From: Eledone cirrhosa
Lineage: Eukaryota
Length of the DNA: 64,000 nt
Reading direction: 5' to 3'
Assembly: GCA_964016885.1 (NCBI GenBank)
Contig: OZ024749.1
Coordinates: forward strand, 28,086,001 to 28,150,000
The position numbers were made by a program, and so were the translations under genes. Positions 1 through 11,759 of the stretch are shown one piece after another. Within the stretch, counting starts at the first letter, position 1, and every line of letters begins with the position of its first letter. Under the pieces are notes generated by a model, which saw only the letters and a program-made list of their open reading frames with translations, ran no database searches and was not told where the DNA came from.

Positions 1-27
1 CTTAAATCAGAAACCATTATTATCCTG

Positions 28-1020
28 CTGAGGTTAGCTTTGCTTTTCACCCTTACGGGGTCAATAAAATAAAGTTCTAGTCACAGACTGGGGTCGATTT
101 AATCAACTTTATCTTCACCCCAAATTACTGACCTTGTGCCTAAAGCAGAAACCATTATTTTCATCATCATCATGGCGGTGGATTGGCAGTATCGGTAGAG
201 GGTCGGACGCCATGCTTTGGCATATAGAGTTACGGCCCTTGCTATTCTGAGTTCAAATCCCGCCAAGGTTAACTTTGCCTTTCATCCTTACGGGGTCGAT
301 AAAATAAAGTACCAGTAATGCACTGGGTAATTGCTGGCCTTGTGCCAAAACGTAGAAACAATTATTATCATCATCATCGATATATGTCTCTCTCACTCTC
401 TGTTTCCAATGCTGATATGAGTTGGATGGGTGATTACAAGCCAAGTCAGTACTTATCATAACTACTGTCCTCCTTGCTCAATACTTTCTCTGTTTTACCT
501 TCAAGACAGACATTTTAAATAGGATATTACTTTCTCTCACAATAGATTATATAAAAAGTAGGTAAGGTTTTATAAATGAGAATTTATGTGACTGCAACAG
601 ATGAGTAGAAACAATTAAATCATTATATTATTACCATCATCCTCCTGAGGTTAGCTTTGCATTTCATCCTTCTAGGGTCGATAAAATATAGTACCAGTAA
701 CACTCTGGGGTAGATTTAATTGACACCCCCCCTCCCAAATTGTTGGCCTTGTGCCTAAATCAGAAACCATTATTATTTTTACCATATTGGCAGTATCGGT
801 AGAGGGTCGGACACCATGCTTTCCAGCATAGTTACGTCCCTTTACGATCTGAGTTCAAATCCCGCCGAGGTTGACTTTGCCTTTCATCCTTACGGGGTCG
901 ATAAAATAAAGTACCAGTAATGCACTGGGTAATTGCTGGCCTTGTGCCTCAAGTAGAAACAATTATTATTTTTACCATAATCCTTCCAAGGTTAGCTTTG
1001 CCTTTCATCCGTTACGGGGT
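28..1020 (+). mobile_element. Cluster of tRNA-derived Meta-domain-like SINEs (full copies ~174-365 and ~787-968, plus 3' halves)
   Basis: Pol III A box (tggcagtatcggt) and B box (gagttcaaatccc), central gactttgcctttcatccttacggggtcgataaaataaagtaccag, tail gtagaaacaatt(att)n. The same unit recurs more than 20 times in the window. Confidence 0.85.
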
Positions 1021-1271
1021 TGATAAAATATAGTACCAGTAACACCAAATCAAAATAGAGATCCATGTGAGCAAGACATTGTCTCTGGATCTGACTTGTC
1101 CCATAACATGACAAACTGTCTAACTCATGCAAGTATGGAAAAACAGACGTTAAATGATGATGGTTGTATAGTAATAACAATTACGAAGACCAAAATCTAA
1201 AGAAGATTCTCTAAACGTTAATGTGTACTAATGATAAATATGTACATATATATAAATATATATATATATAT

Positions 1272-1524
1272 AATTGTTTCTACTTTTGGCACAAGGCCAG
1301 CAATTACCCAGTGCATTACTGGTACTTTATTTTATCGACCCCGTAAGGATGAAAGGCAAAGTTAACCTCGGCGGGATTTGAACTCAGAATGGCAAGGGCC
1401 GTAACTCTATGCATCAAAGCATGGCATCCAACCCTCTACCGATACTGCCAATTCACCGCCCGAATATATATATATATATAATGCCATAAAAAGGATGTAA
1501 AATGGTGATGATGATATCAGATAA

Positions 1525-1600
<76 letters not shown>

Positions 1601-1785
1601 ATTCACTCACTCACAAGTATAATTGTTTCTACTTTTTGGCACAAGGCCAGCAATTACCCAGTGCATTACTGGTACTTTATTTTATCGACCCCCGTAAGGA
1701 TGAAAGGCAAACTTAACCTCGACGGGATTTGAACTCAGAATGGAAAAGGCCATAACTCTATGCGTCAAAACATGATGTCCGACTC
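1272..1785 (-). mobile_element. Two Meta-domain-like SINE copies (1272-1461, 1620-1785) separated by (CA)n
   Basis: Reverse complement of the SINE unit at 174-365. Confidence 0.85.
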
Positions 1786-1789
1786 CAAT

Positions 1790-2640
1790 GAGTCTCACAT
1801 CTATTTTGACATACAAGGGTCCAACAATTAGGTTTACTTTTCCTTCTAGTTAATGGTTTGCAGACATGACCATAGACAGGACATGAGAGATGTCTGTTAT
1901 ACAGAGTGGTTAACACATTAGATAAATCTTTGGCTTTGCTCTCAAATCTTTAAGATGATCTAGTCTGCTTATTTCAAAATTTTTATGGCTTTATAACAGG
2001 TAAACTTCCATTTATTTCAATTCAGTGCACTTTTTTCAAATCTTTATAGAGGAATATTTGTTGCTTTCAGGTTAACTTTGAGCTTCTTCTGGTACCTTAG
2101 CCATGGTCTTCCTATGTTTCTCCTTCCACCGTGGAGTTGGTTATATATATGAGGACTTTTGGAATTCTCTAGTCACTCATTCTGATGACATGACTAATTC
2201 ATTTTAATTGAGATTGTAAAAGAAAGGATTGATTCAATGCCATCAATTTTACATTTAGAGAATAAGTCAGAATAGATGAACTTCTGTCATTTAACCCTTT
2301 AGCATTGACATTACGCTATATTTACTAATATATTTTCACAGTAAAGACTTTATCTCACAAAATATCGAATCTATGAGATTTTGATATTATTTATTTTGAG
2401 AACAATACCTTAACATCAATATGAGCAGCCGGTTACAGGCGGTTTGAACAGAGAGTGGTGAGAGAATTCTGGCTGGATACAGCTGGTTTAATTGGTAAAG
2501 GGTTAAGCTGTCTCCACAAATGGTGTGAAGACATTGCTTATGAAAGAAATCAAGCTGGTTAATATGATCAATATGGGATCCAAGATTCTGATCCAGGCAG
2601 GAGAGTGGAAGGGACTAGAGCCTGGTAGACAAGTTTTGTT
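1790..2640 (-). pseudogene. Old RTE/BovB-like LINE 3' remnant, interrupted by a MITE
   Basis: Minus strand reads LDFFHKQCLHTICG, then QLK*ISHVIRMSD*RIPK and GRRNIGRPWLRYQKKLK, matching the RTE C-terminal FHxRCLRxI / LRWxGHVxRM / GRP motifs. Confidence 0.6.
2291..2506. mobile_element. piggyBac-type MITE
   Basis: TTAA on both sides; termini ccctttagcatt / aattggtaaaggg; homologous to the copies at 4913-5597 and 9834-10048. Confidence 0.8.
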
Positions 2641-2993
2641 TATAAAGACACTCCCCATTCATTCCATAGAAGAAGAAGAAGTATACCAAAAACGTTTGTA
2701 GCTTTGGCTACATGGTTAACTATTAATTGAGTTTACTTTGGTTTCCATATATGTGAATGTCTCTACGTATTTATCATATAAGAAATCAATGATTTCTTAT
2801 CAATGAAACAGTTCTAGTCCTGTAGATGTCATTTCTATAATAAAATAAATATACTATACTCAACTAATGTATTTAGCACCTTTTTAAACTGTGGTCACCT
2901 TCTGATATACATTAGGAATCAACTTATAAATATATATATATATGGGATAACAAATTATTGTTATAGGTGTAGGTTAGATGTAGTCCAGTTAGG

Positions 2994-3073
<80 letters not shown>

Positions 3074-3196
3074 CTTGGGTTGAGCTTTTGTTCCATGCAT
3101 GAACATAAATAAATTATATATATATATATATTTGTCCTACCCATGCTAGTGTGGAAGATGGACATTAAATGATGATGATGATGATATATATATATA

Positions 3197-4092
3197 CGAA
3201 GTGTGTCAGAAAAGTTCCAGGACTGATGTCACAAAATATTTATTTCAAACCCAAACTTCACACTAAGAGTTTTCTCCTTCAAAGTAATCCCCCTGGAGTC
3301 TAATGCACTTTTCCATCCTTTTCTGCCACACTTTCATGCACTCCTGGAATGATTCTTCCGGGATCCTCCTCAGTTCTGTCGTCACAGCCTTTTTGATGTC
3401 GTCCACGTCTTCAAAACGGGTCTCCTCCGGGTCGTACTCGAAGATCCATGACTTATCACCGGTGATGACTGTCCCTAGCAAGTCTGGTTCGGTTTCAAGA
3501 CGCTTGAGGATGTCCTCACACACTTGCATGCGTCGACCCTTCTGGTCATCGTTCAGCAGTTTTGGCACCATCTTTGCGCAGACTTTCTGCATGTCCAAAT
3601 CTTCAGTGAGAATCTTCCAGATGCTGTCCCGATTCATGCCCAGTTCATTTGCCATCAGTCGAACAGTCAGCCCACGATCGCTACGCACCATCTGCCTGAC
3701 GCGTTCAACGTTGACCTCAGCCCTGGTTGTTGAGGGCCTTCCGCTCCTGGGGTCATCTTCCACGTCCTTGCATCCTTCTTTAAACCTCTTGCACCACTCA
3801 AAAACACCTGAGCGTGTCATCGTCTAATCTCCATACACTTGCTGCAGCAATCCCAGTGCTTCTGACGGAGTTTTCAAGTTTGTTCATTGCTCTGTGCTCA
3901 TTGCATGACGACCTGAAACAGAGGACATGTATATAAAATTATGAAGAAAAAAGTTTGATCGCTGCAGAGAGCTAAGATTACAGTTACATACTCCAGAGGG
4001 ATTACTTTGAAGGCGAAAACTGTTACTGTGAAGTTTGGGTTTGAAATAAATCTTTTGTGACATCGTTCCTGGAACTTTTCTGACACACCTCG
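3197..4092 (-). mobile_element. Mariner transposon, internally deleted, inserted in (TA)n
   Basis: TIRs cgaagtgtgtcagaaaagttccagg / cctggaacttttctgacacacctcg flanked by TA. ORF 3263-3820 has EDDPRSGRP, KMVPKLL, ITGDKSW and the C-terminal GDYFEG, but lacks the HDNA/YSPDLAP segment. Confidence 0.92.
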
Positions 4093-4544
4093 TATATATA
4101 TTTATAACTATATATATATTTACATAACTAGATTTATATATATATATACAAAATTAGAATTTGGTTTCTCGCTCTCACCTAGCTGGTTACATAAAGTGTA
4201 TTTATGAGTTTTATATCAAATAATGATAATATTTGAAATATATACATAATGAATAAAAATAACCAGGATTAAATTACATTAAATTATTCAATTAATTTAC
4301 AAATGTTTCTCTCAATACAGTAAGAAAATATATTTTTGGTATTGATTTGTTCAGAATCTATTTAACAACATATATAACATAATTATTTACCAATTACATG
4401 TCCGAACATCTTATAAATATATATTTATTTGAAGGAAAATCAACCAGCTTTCATTAAAACTGTTTAATCATTTACAATTGTTTGTGGTGTATAACATAAT
4501 GAATCTTTCCACCAAAATAACTGGCAAATTCACTTTGTCCATTA

Positions 4545-4732
4545 TAATTGTTTCTACTTTAGGCACAAGGCCAGCATTACCCAGTGCATTACTGATACTT
4601 TATTTTATCGACCCTGTAAGGATGAAAGGCAAAGTCAACTTCGGCGGGATTTGAACTCAGATCGTAAAGGGACGTAACTATGCTGGAAAGCATGGCGTCC
4701 GACCCTCTACTGATTGTGCCGATCCACCGCCC
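4545..4732 (-). mobile_element. Meta-domain-like SINE (young short-tail subfamily)
   Basis: Near-identical to copies at 787-968, 22997-23177 and 45020-45208. Confidence 0.85.
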
Positions 4733-4912
4733 TTCTTTGTCCATTATAATACCAGGTAAACTCACAATGTCATACACCATCTTCAGAATGGAAAAAAACA
4801 TATTTCAATAATAAGTCACCCAATATACAGTAAGAAAATACATTTCTTCTGCATTGATTTCTTCAGAATCTATTAAACAATGAAAATATTCAGACATGTG
4901 TTAGGATGTTGT

Positions 4913-5597
4913 TTAACCCTTTAGTATTTAAACCGGCTGTATCTGGTCAGAATTATCTCACCTCTTTCTGTTTAAACTGGCCATAACCGGCCACTCATAT
5001 CGATGTTGAGGTATTATTCTCAAAATAAATAAATATCAAAATCTCATATTTGATATTAAGTGAGATAATTATGCTATTTTATAAGCTATTTTATAGCATC
5101 TCTGCACAGGAGCACATCATTCTTGATATTAACTTCTTACATAATTTTGTATAAGAAGCATATGTTAAGTTAAGTATAATAATTGTTTCTACTTTTGGCA
5201 CAAGGCCAGCAATTACCCAGTGCATTACTGGTACTTTATTTTATCGACCCCGTAAGGATGAAAGGCAAAGTTAACCTCGGCGGGATTTGAACTCAGAATG
5301 GCAAGGGCCGTAACTCTATGCGTCAGAGCATGGCGTCCAACCCTCTACCGATACTGCCAATCCACCTCCTTTACTATCTAAGTATAATAATATAATAATT
5401 TTAGATACCGTCCTCGAGGACGCACCCTGATTTTGACAACCAAAAATTTGAAACAAAATAATCAATAACCTTTGGCCTCCAGGATGCATGGTAGATTTTT
5501 GAGATTTATTTTATGAAAAAAAGTAGCATCTTAGACACTGGGAAATACGGTATATATAAACAGTAAATAAAGAGTAATATAAATGCTAAAGGGTTAA
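4913..5597. mobile_element. piggyBac-type MITE with nested insertions (SINE at 5178-5369)
   Basis: TTAA-ccctttagtattta ... taaatgctaaaggg-TTAA; the internal sequence is the reverse orientation of the 2291 MITE. Confidence 0.72.
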
Positions 5598-5599
5598 TA

Positions 5600-5669
5600 G
5601 ATTTTGAAGAAATCAATACAGAGGATAAAATGTCTTTTCTTAATGTATTGATAGAAACATTTGTCAATC
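5600..5669 (+). ncRNA. Type I hammerhead ribozyme motif with one core mutation
   Basis: gatt-[t]TGAAGA-atcaataca...tgtattgat-GAAAC attt GTC-aatc. Stem I gatt/aatc. Decayed inverted relatives at ~4295-4362 and ~4825-4873. Confidence 0.65.
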
Positions 5670-5881
5670 AATTAAATAATTTAATGTAATTTAATCCTGG
5701 TTATTTTTTTATTCATTTATATATATGCTCTGTGATATTGTAAATCTACAGGGACTGGAAATATATCGATTGGATTAAACTATGAACTGTCTTTTACCTA
5801 TCTTGCTGTGGACTATAATATTACATTGAGCTTTGAAATATTCTTTGCCTTTATATGGTTGTATTATCAACTCATCTAAAC

Positions 5882-5936
<55 letters not shown>

Positions 5937-6244
5937 TCTCTCTCTCTCTCTCTCTCTGTATATATATATATATATATTCCCCACCACCACCCCACTCTCA
6001 AGAGCGTGAAACTAATAAACCTTTGTTCATACTGCCTCTCTGTTTTGTTCCCGTTCAATTTTTTACTATATATATATATATGGAAAGTTATTTTCTTTTT
6101 CTTCGTTTTCTGTCTTTCTTTCCTTTTTTCTCTCTTTCTTTCTCTCTGTGTACAATTTTTTCACTGCCAATTCAACTCTTTCAAATACAAGTCGATGTTG
6201 TTACGGTATGTCGAATCTATTTATCTATAAAACTGTTTATATTG

Positions 6245-6310
6245 TATTTTGTCTGAGGAAGGCATAGCATATTGTTAATATGATATCCCTGAAATATATA
6301 TAATGAAATA
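6245..6310 (+). ncRNA. Type I hammerhead ribozyme motif (same family as 62200-62265)
   Basis: tattttgt-CTGAGGA-agg..catatt/aatatg..cct-GAAA tatata TA-atgaaata. Confidence 0.6.
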
Positions 6311-6370
6311 AATATGGTTTTATAAATATAGTTTCCATTTATTTAATATTGTATATATATATATATATAT

Positions 6371-6452
6371 ATATCACAGAAAAAAGAGAATCAGTGTTGC
6401 GACGAAAGGAATTTATTTCGTCGCAGCACTGATTCTCTTTTTTCTGTGATAT
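6371..6452. repeat. 37-bp-arm hairpin
   Basis: atatcacagaaaaaagagaatcagtgttgcgacgaaa / tttcgtcgcagcactgattctcttttttctgtgatat, with one mismatch and an 8-nt loop. Confidence 0.9.
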
Positions 6453-6525
6453 CATACTCTGCTCTACGAGGGCATTGAGTGCTCATAAGGCCTACCACAT
6501 ACAGATGCTTTAAGCATCCAACACC

Positions 6526-6572
<47 letters not shown>

Positions 6573-6624
6573 AATATACATATATACATATATATATATA
6601 TACATACACATATATATATATACA

Positions 6625-6658
<34 letters not shown>

Positions 6659-6733
6659 TATCGTAGTCTGCTCTGAAAGAGCATAGAGTGCTCAACCAGC
6701 ATACCGCCTATGGAAGCATCTTAGCTACCATCA

Positions 6734-6783
<50 letters not shown>

Positions 6784-6966
6784 CAGACACACATATGGTA
6801 AAAATCTCACATATGTAACTCAGGGATTACATAGATCATACAGTAGAACTATGTATATGTATGTGTGAGTGTATGTGTGTGTATTAAGTAAGCAGTACTC
6901 CCCCCTGGGGTATTTTGCCCTTTCCACAAGCCCCCTATTGTTGATTTTATAGGTAAGAAAAACATG

Positions 6967-6969
<3 letters not shown>

Positions 6970-7030
<61 letters not shown>

Positions 7031-7073
7031 GATACATATATAAGTACACACACACATATAAATATATATAAGT

Positions 7074-7104
<31 letters not shown>

Positions 7105-7139
7105 AGTACACACACACACATATATATATATATATAAGT

Positions 7140-7192
<53 letters not shown>

Positions 7193-7263
7193 GATACATA
7201 TATAAGTACACACACACATATATATATATAAGTACACACACACACATATATATATATATAAGT

Positions 7264-7296
<33 letters not shown>

Positions 7297-7327
7297 AGTA
7301 CACACACACACATATATATATATAAGT

Positions 7328-7358
<31 letters not shown>

Positions 7359-7370
7359 AGTACACACACG

Positions 7371-7403
<33 letters not shown>

Positions 7404-7427
7404 TTATACATAGATACATATATAAGT

Positions 7428-7500
<73 letters not shown>

Positions 7501-7505
7501 TACAC
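6970..7505. repeat. Compound (TA)n/(CA)n microsatellite with a higher-order aagtacacac unit
   Basis: Directly visible; gives rise to spurious YI/CV ORFs. Confidence 0.95.
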
Positions 7506-7839
7506 ACTAATGATGTCCTTTAGTACAGGAATTTAGTTGTAAAGAACCCTAAAATTAGGCAGTCACTAAGTATATAGGGCATACAATCCCATATACTACT
7601 ACCCACTGCTCCCATCGTCCCTGTCATGGCCATAGGAGTCCCCACATACACCTGCTACTACCCACCACCTCCACCATGGCCACCACCTCATATTTCCAGC
7701 ACTGGTTTTAATATATTTGATGTAGATTTTCTGGAAGATCAACTTACAAAGAAAGGGGCCTCTTCCTCATGTATAAATATACATATATATGTGTGTGTGT
7801 GTATATATATATACACATATATATATACATGTATACACA

Positions 7840-7894
<55 letters not shown>

Positions 7895-8124
7895 ATGTAT
7901 GTACATACACATATGTATTTATATATATATGTGTGTGTGTGTGTGTATACAATCTGTGAGTTTATGTGTATTTGATACCACCATTTAGTTACTTCCTACT
8001 TGTGTAATATATATATATATATGCATACACACACACATATATATGTATATTCACACACACACAAACACACACACACATATATAATTAGTTATGAAAGCTG
8101 AGATATGTCAACTAATATAGAGAT

Positions 8125-8173
<49 letters not shown>

Positions 8174-8431
8174 GTTTTTGTTGTTAAAGTTATGAGGGGG
8201 AGAATTATAGTGATTAATAACTGGATTATGTAACCTTGAATATCATTATTATTATATTTCATATCAAGGCCACTTCACATGGGAAGGAGGGAAGAGATAT
8301 GGCAATAGATGACAAAGTCTTCATTGTGAAGAAGTGTAATAGCTGTTTCATACATTGTTACTTGGGTCATCTGATATACTTCCTTTGTTCACTATAGTCT
8401 TGGAGAGGACACAGAATAGCCAAATGGTTAT

Positions 8432-9772
8432 AAATAATAATAATAATAATGAAATTATTGTGTACAGTGCTCAGGTGCACTACAACTCATCAAAGGTGCA
8501 TGTATAGTACATAGAATAATGTACAAATGTCAGGAAAATGAATAGTGTATGAGTCATGATATAATAATAATAACAATAATGAAATATTGTGTACAGTGCC
8601 CAGGTGCACCACAACTCATCAAAAAAGTCACATGTACAGTACATAGGGCAATGCACAAACATCAGTAAAATGAACAGTGCACGAGTCATGATACACACAT
8701 GTGTGCATGTGTATGGAAGGGGTACATCAGGTGTAGTTTTGGCGTATTTCGGGAAGCATGAGTGTCTTAAAGGATGCAGTGTCTCGGCAGCTAACAACTG
8801 ACGCAGGCAGTTTGTTCCATGCTTCAGCAACTCTGAGCGTGAAAAAATGTCTACGAAAGTCATGGGAGCTGTGCTGTTTTCTGATCTTGTAGGCATGTCC
8901 ACGTGTGTTAGACACATGGAGATCAAAGAGGCGCTCAGGGTTGCAATTGGCGAGATGGTTAAAAACTTTGTGGGTATTCACCAAGTCCATTGCCAGACGT
9001 CGGAGCTTCAATGAATCCATGCCCAGGGAAGCAAGGCGTTCAGAGTATGGTAGGTGTCTGATGGAGGGTATGCGCTTGGTTGCACGTCTCTGAACAGTTT
9101 CCAGGAGGTCAATGTTCTGAGCAAGATAGGGGTTCCAGACTGATGATGCGAATTCCAAGTGTGGTCGTACCATAGCTGTATACAGTTTTAAATAGATGGC
9201 TGGAGAGCGGCTAACAAAGGTCTTGCTGAGTGATGCCAAGACACCCTCGGCCTTCTTGACAATCTTAGAGACATGCTTTGTCCAACGCAAATCGTTGCTG
9301 ACAGTAATGCCCAGGTCACGTTCACAAGAGGACTTTTTGATATCAGTGTTGTGGAGGGAGTATGTGGACGCTGGATTTTTCCTTCCAAAATGGATGGTGG
9401 TACACTTGTCCACAGCCAGCTTCAGTTGCCAGTCTGTGATCCATTGCTGCATTGTGTCCAGGTCTGATTGTAGGAAAGAGTTGTAAATTTCAGGATCAGT
9501 CCTTTTGATTTCAAGGTACAGCTTGATGTCATCTGCATATTTCAGTACCGTGGTATTCTGTAAGTTGGCATCTATGTCATTAATATATGCCACAAACAAA
9601 AGAGGACCAAGAACAGATCCCTGTGGTACACCAGATGACATCTCATATGGTGAAGAATGCTGTCCTAGAACCGTGACTACTTCTTTTCGGCTGAGAATGA
9701 AGGATTTCAACCAGTCGAAAAGATCATCCCTCACACCCATTGCAGAGAGTTTTGCCATAAGTCTTTTGTGTG
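8432..9772 (-). mobile_element. 5'-truncated CR1-clade LINE (RT C-terminal ORF 8727-9758) with duplicated 3' UTR and (ATT)n tail
   Basis: SGVPQGSVLGPLLF, YADD, ERDLG, VRPHLEFASSVWNPY, VQRRATK, TRGH and FFTLRVAEAWNKLP motifs. Confidence 0.92.
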
Positions 9773-10200
9773 GTTATGAAGCTTACTATGTAATCATAAG
9801 ATCTGGGTTTGATCTCACAGTATGACGAAATGATTAACCCTTTAGCATTTACATTACTCTATATATACTATTATATTTTTGTGGTAAAGGCATTATCTCA
9901 CATGATATAACATCTATGAGATTTTGATATTATTTATTTTGAGAACAATACCTTAACATCAGTATGAGTGGCCAGTAACAGCTGGTTTGAACAGAAAAGG
10001 GGAGAGAATTCTGGTCAGATATGGCCGGTTTAAATGCTAAAGGGTTAAGAAGGCCTTTTTGCAATCATAAGATCTGGATTTGATCTCACAGCATGGCTAA
10101 ATGGTTAGGAAGTTTATTTTGTAATCATAAGATTTAGGTTCAATCCCACAATATGGCTAAATGGTTAAGAAGGTATTTTTGAAATCATAAGATCTGGGTT
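9773..10200 (+). repeat. Tandem ~61-bp tRNA-like SINE-head repeat interrupted by a piggyBac-type MITE (9834-10048)
   Basis: Unit tggctaaatggttaagaag...atcataagatctgggttcaatcccaca carries A/B-box-like motifs; the MITE sits in the TTAA of one unit. Confidence 0.65.
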
Positions 10201-10329
10201 TATGGTTTTTAGAGTTATAAACAGTTTAAAACAGTTTTGTATCATAGAACCAGGGGTAATTTTAGTTTGGTATCAAAAGAGTTAAGGATGGATGTGTCAG
10301 TGGGATGTTCCGCCATCTGTATGTTAATT

Positions 10330-10770
10330 TCCCAAGCAGGATGTGCTGTTGAACCAACAACTGGGACACTTGGAGTTAGAACTGACAGCAGTCCAACACA
10401 CACACATACACACATAAGGAAGGTTTGACAGTCAGTCTCTTTTGTTGAACCAACAACTGCAACACTCTTAGTCAAAACTGACGGCAGTCCAACACACTCA
10501 CACACAACATATTAGGAAGGTTTGACAGTCAGATTGTTCTCTTGATCAAACAACTGGGACACTCTTTGTTAAAATTGACAACAATCTAACACACACATAC
10601 ACAAGGAAAGTTTGACAGTCAGGCTGTTCTCTTGATCAAACAACTGGAACAAGTGTAGTCAAAATTGACGGCTGTCCAACATACACACACTAGGAAGGTT
10701 AATTAACAACTGGAATAATTGTAGTCAAAATTGACGGCAGTCCAACACACAGACAACACATTAGGAAAGC
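10330..10770. repeat. Degenerate ~70-85 bp minisatellite
   Basis: Repeated caactgg..gtcaaaattgacggcagtccaacacac..aggaaggtttgacagtcag. Confidence 0.75.
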
Positions 10771-11139
10771 TTAATAAAATATTGTTTTCAATAAAACAGT
10801 TAAAAAAACAGGAAACATTCTCAAATACATCTCTGTCTTTGTCTTTAACCTATGACACTCACCTTCAACTTTCAACAATTTATTTCAGACAGGTAACACT
10901 TAAGTAAAATATTTACCTGCAGGTCATCATCATAATAAATATCTCTACTCTATGTAAACGTCATTAGAATCAAACAAAAAACCAAAATGTGTGTGTATCT
11001 TCTCATGTAACTATGTAACTTCTATTATTACTGTTGACTTTGCCTTTCATCCTTACGGGGTCGATAAAATAAAGTACCAGTAATGCACTGGGTAATTGCT
11101 GGCCTTGTGCCTAAAGTAGAAACAATTATTACTGTTTGT

Positions 11140-11750
11140 AATAATGATAATTCTGGCAGATGTTATATCGACACTATACAAAAGAGCGAACCATAACCAA
11201 TGGCCAAAGGTTTTTTGGGTCATTCCTTTCTCCTTCAATTCTCTAACACCCTCCTTAGAATTTTTGCTATTCCTAGCAAGGCTGTTTTCTGCAACAATCC
11301 CAATCTGATGGTAATTCCTAGCTTCTCAAGCCATGCATCCAACCTTTTACTAACTGCTCCCTGTGTGCCAACCACAATCAGTACCACTTCTGCACATGCG
11401 ATTCTCGATAGTTTCCTGATTTCTCTCATCAACTCCTGGTATTTCTTAACTTTCTCACTTCCTTCTCATTCACCCTGTGGTCCCATGGTGAAGCAATATA
11501 CACGGTGAAGAAATATACACAATACTTGCCTTGTTATTCTTCTTTTCTACAACAGCAATGTCAGGTTTTCTAGCCTTGGTAAAATGGCTGCACTGGATAG
11601 TCATGTCCCACAAGATCTTATACTGTTCATTTTCAGCCACCCTTTCTGGTTGGTGTTCATAGCATTTCTAACTTCTGCTCATGTCACATGACAGAGCTTC
11701 CTTGTGAACCAATCTGGCAATGTTGTTGTGCCTTCTATTGTACTCTTATT
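11140..11750 (-). pseudogene. 3' remnant of an RLE-endonuclease LINE (R4/Dong/NeSL-like)
   Basis: Minus-strand RRHNNIARLVH, YEHQPERVAENEQYKILWD, RKPDI, KYQELMREI and LQKTALLG motifs. Confidence 0.75.
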
Positions 11751-11759
11751 ATCATTATA

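Noticed and set aside
174-260. tRNA genes at SINE heads
   Set aside because: A/B boxes are present but no full cloverleaf, and each head continues into a SINE body.
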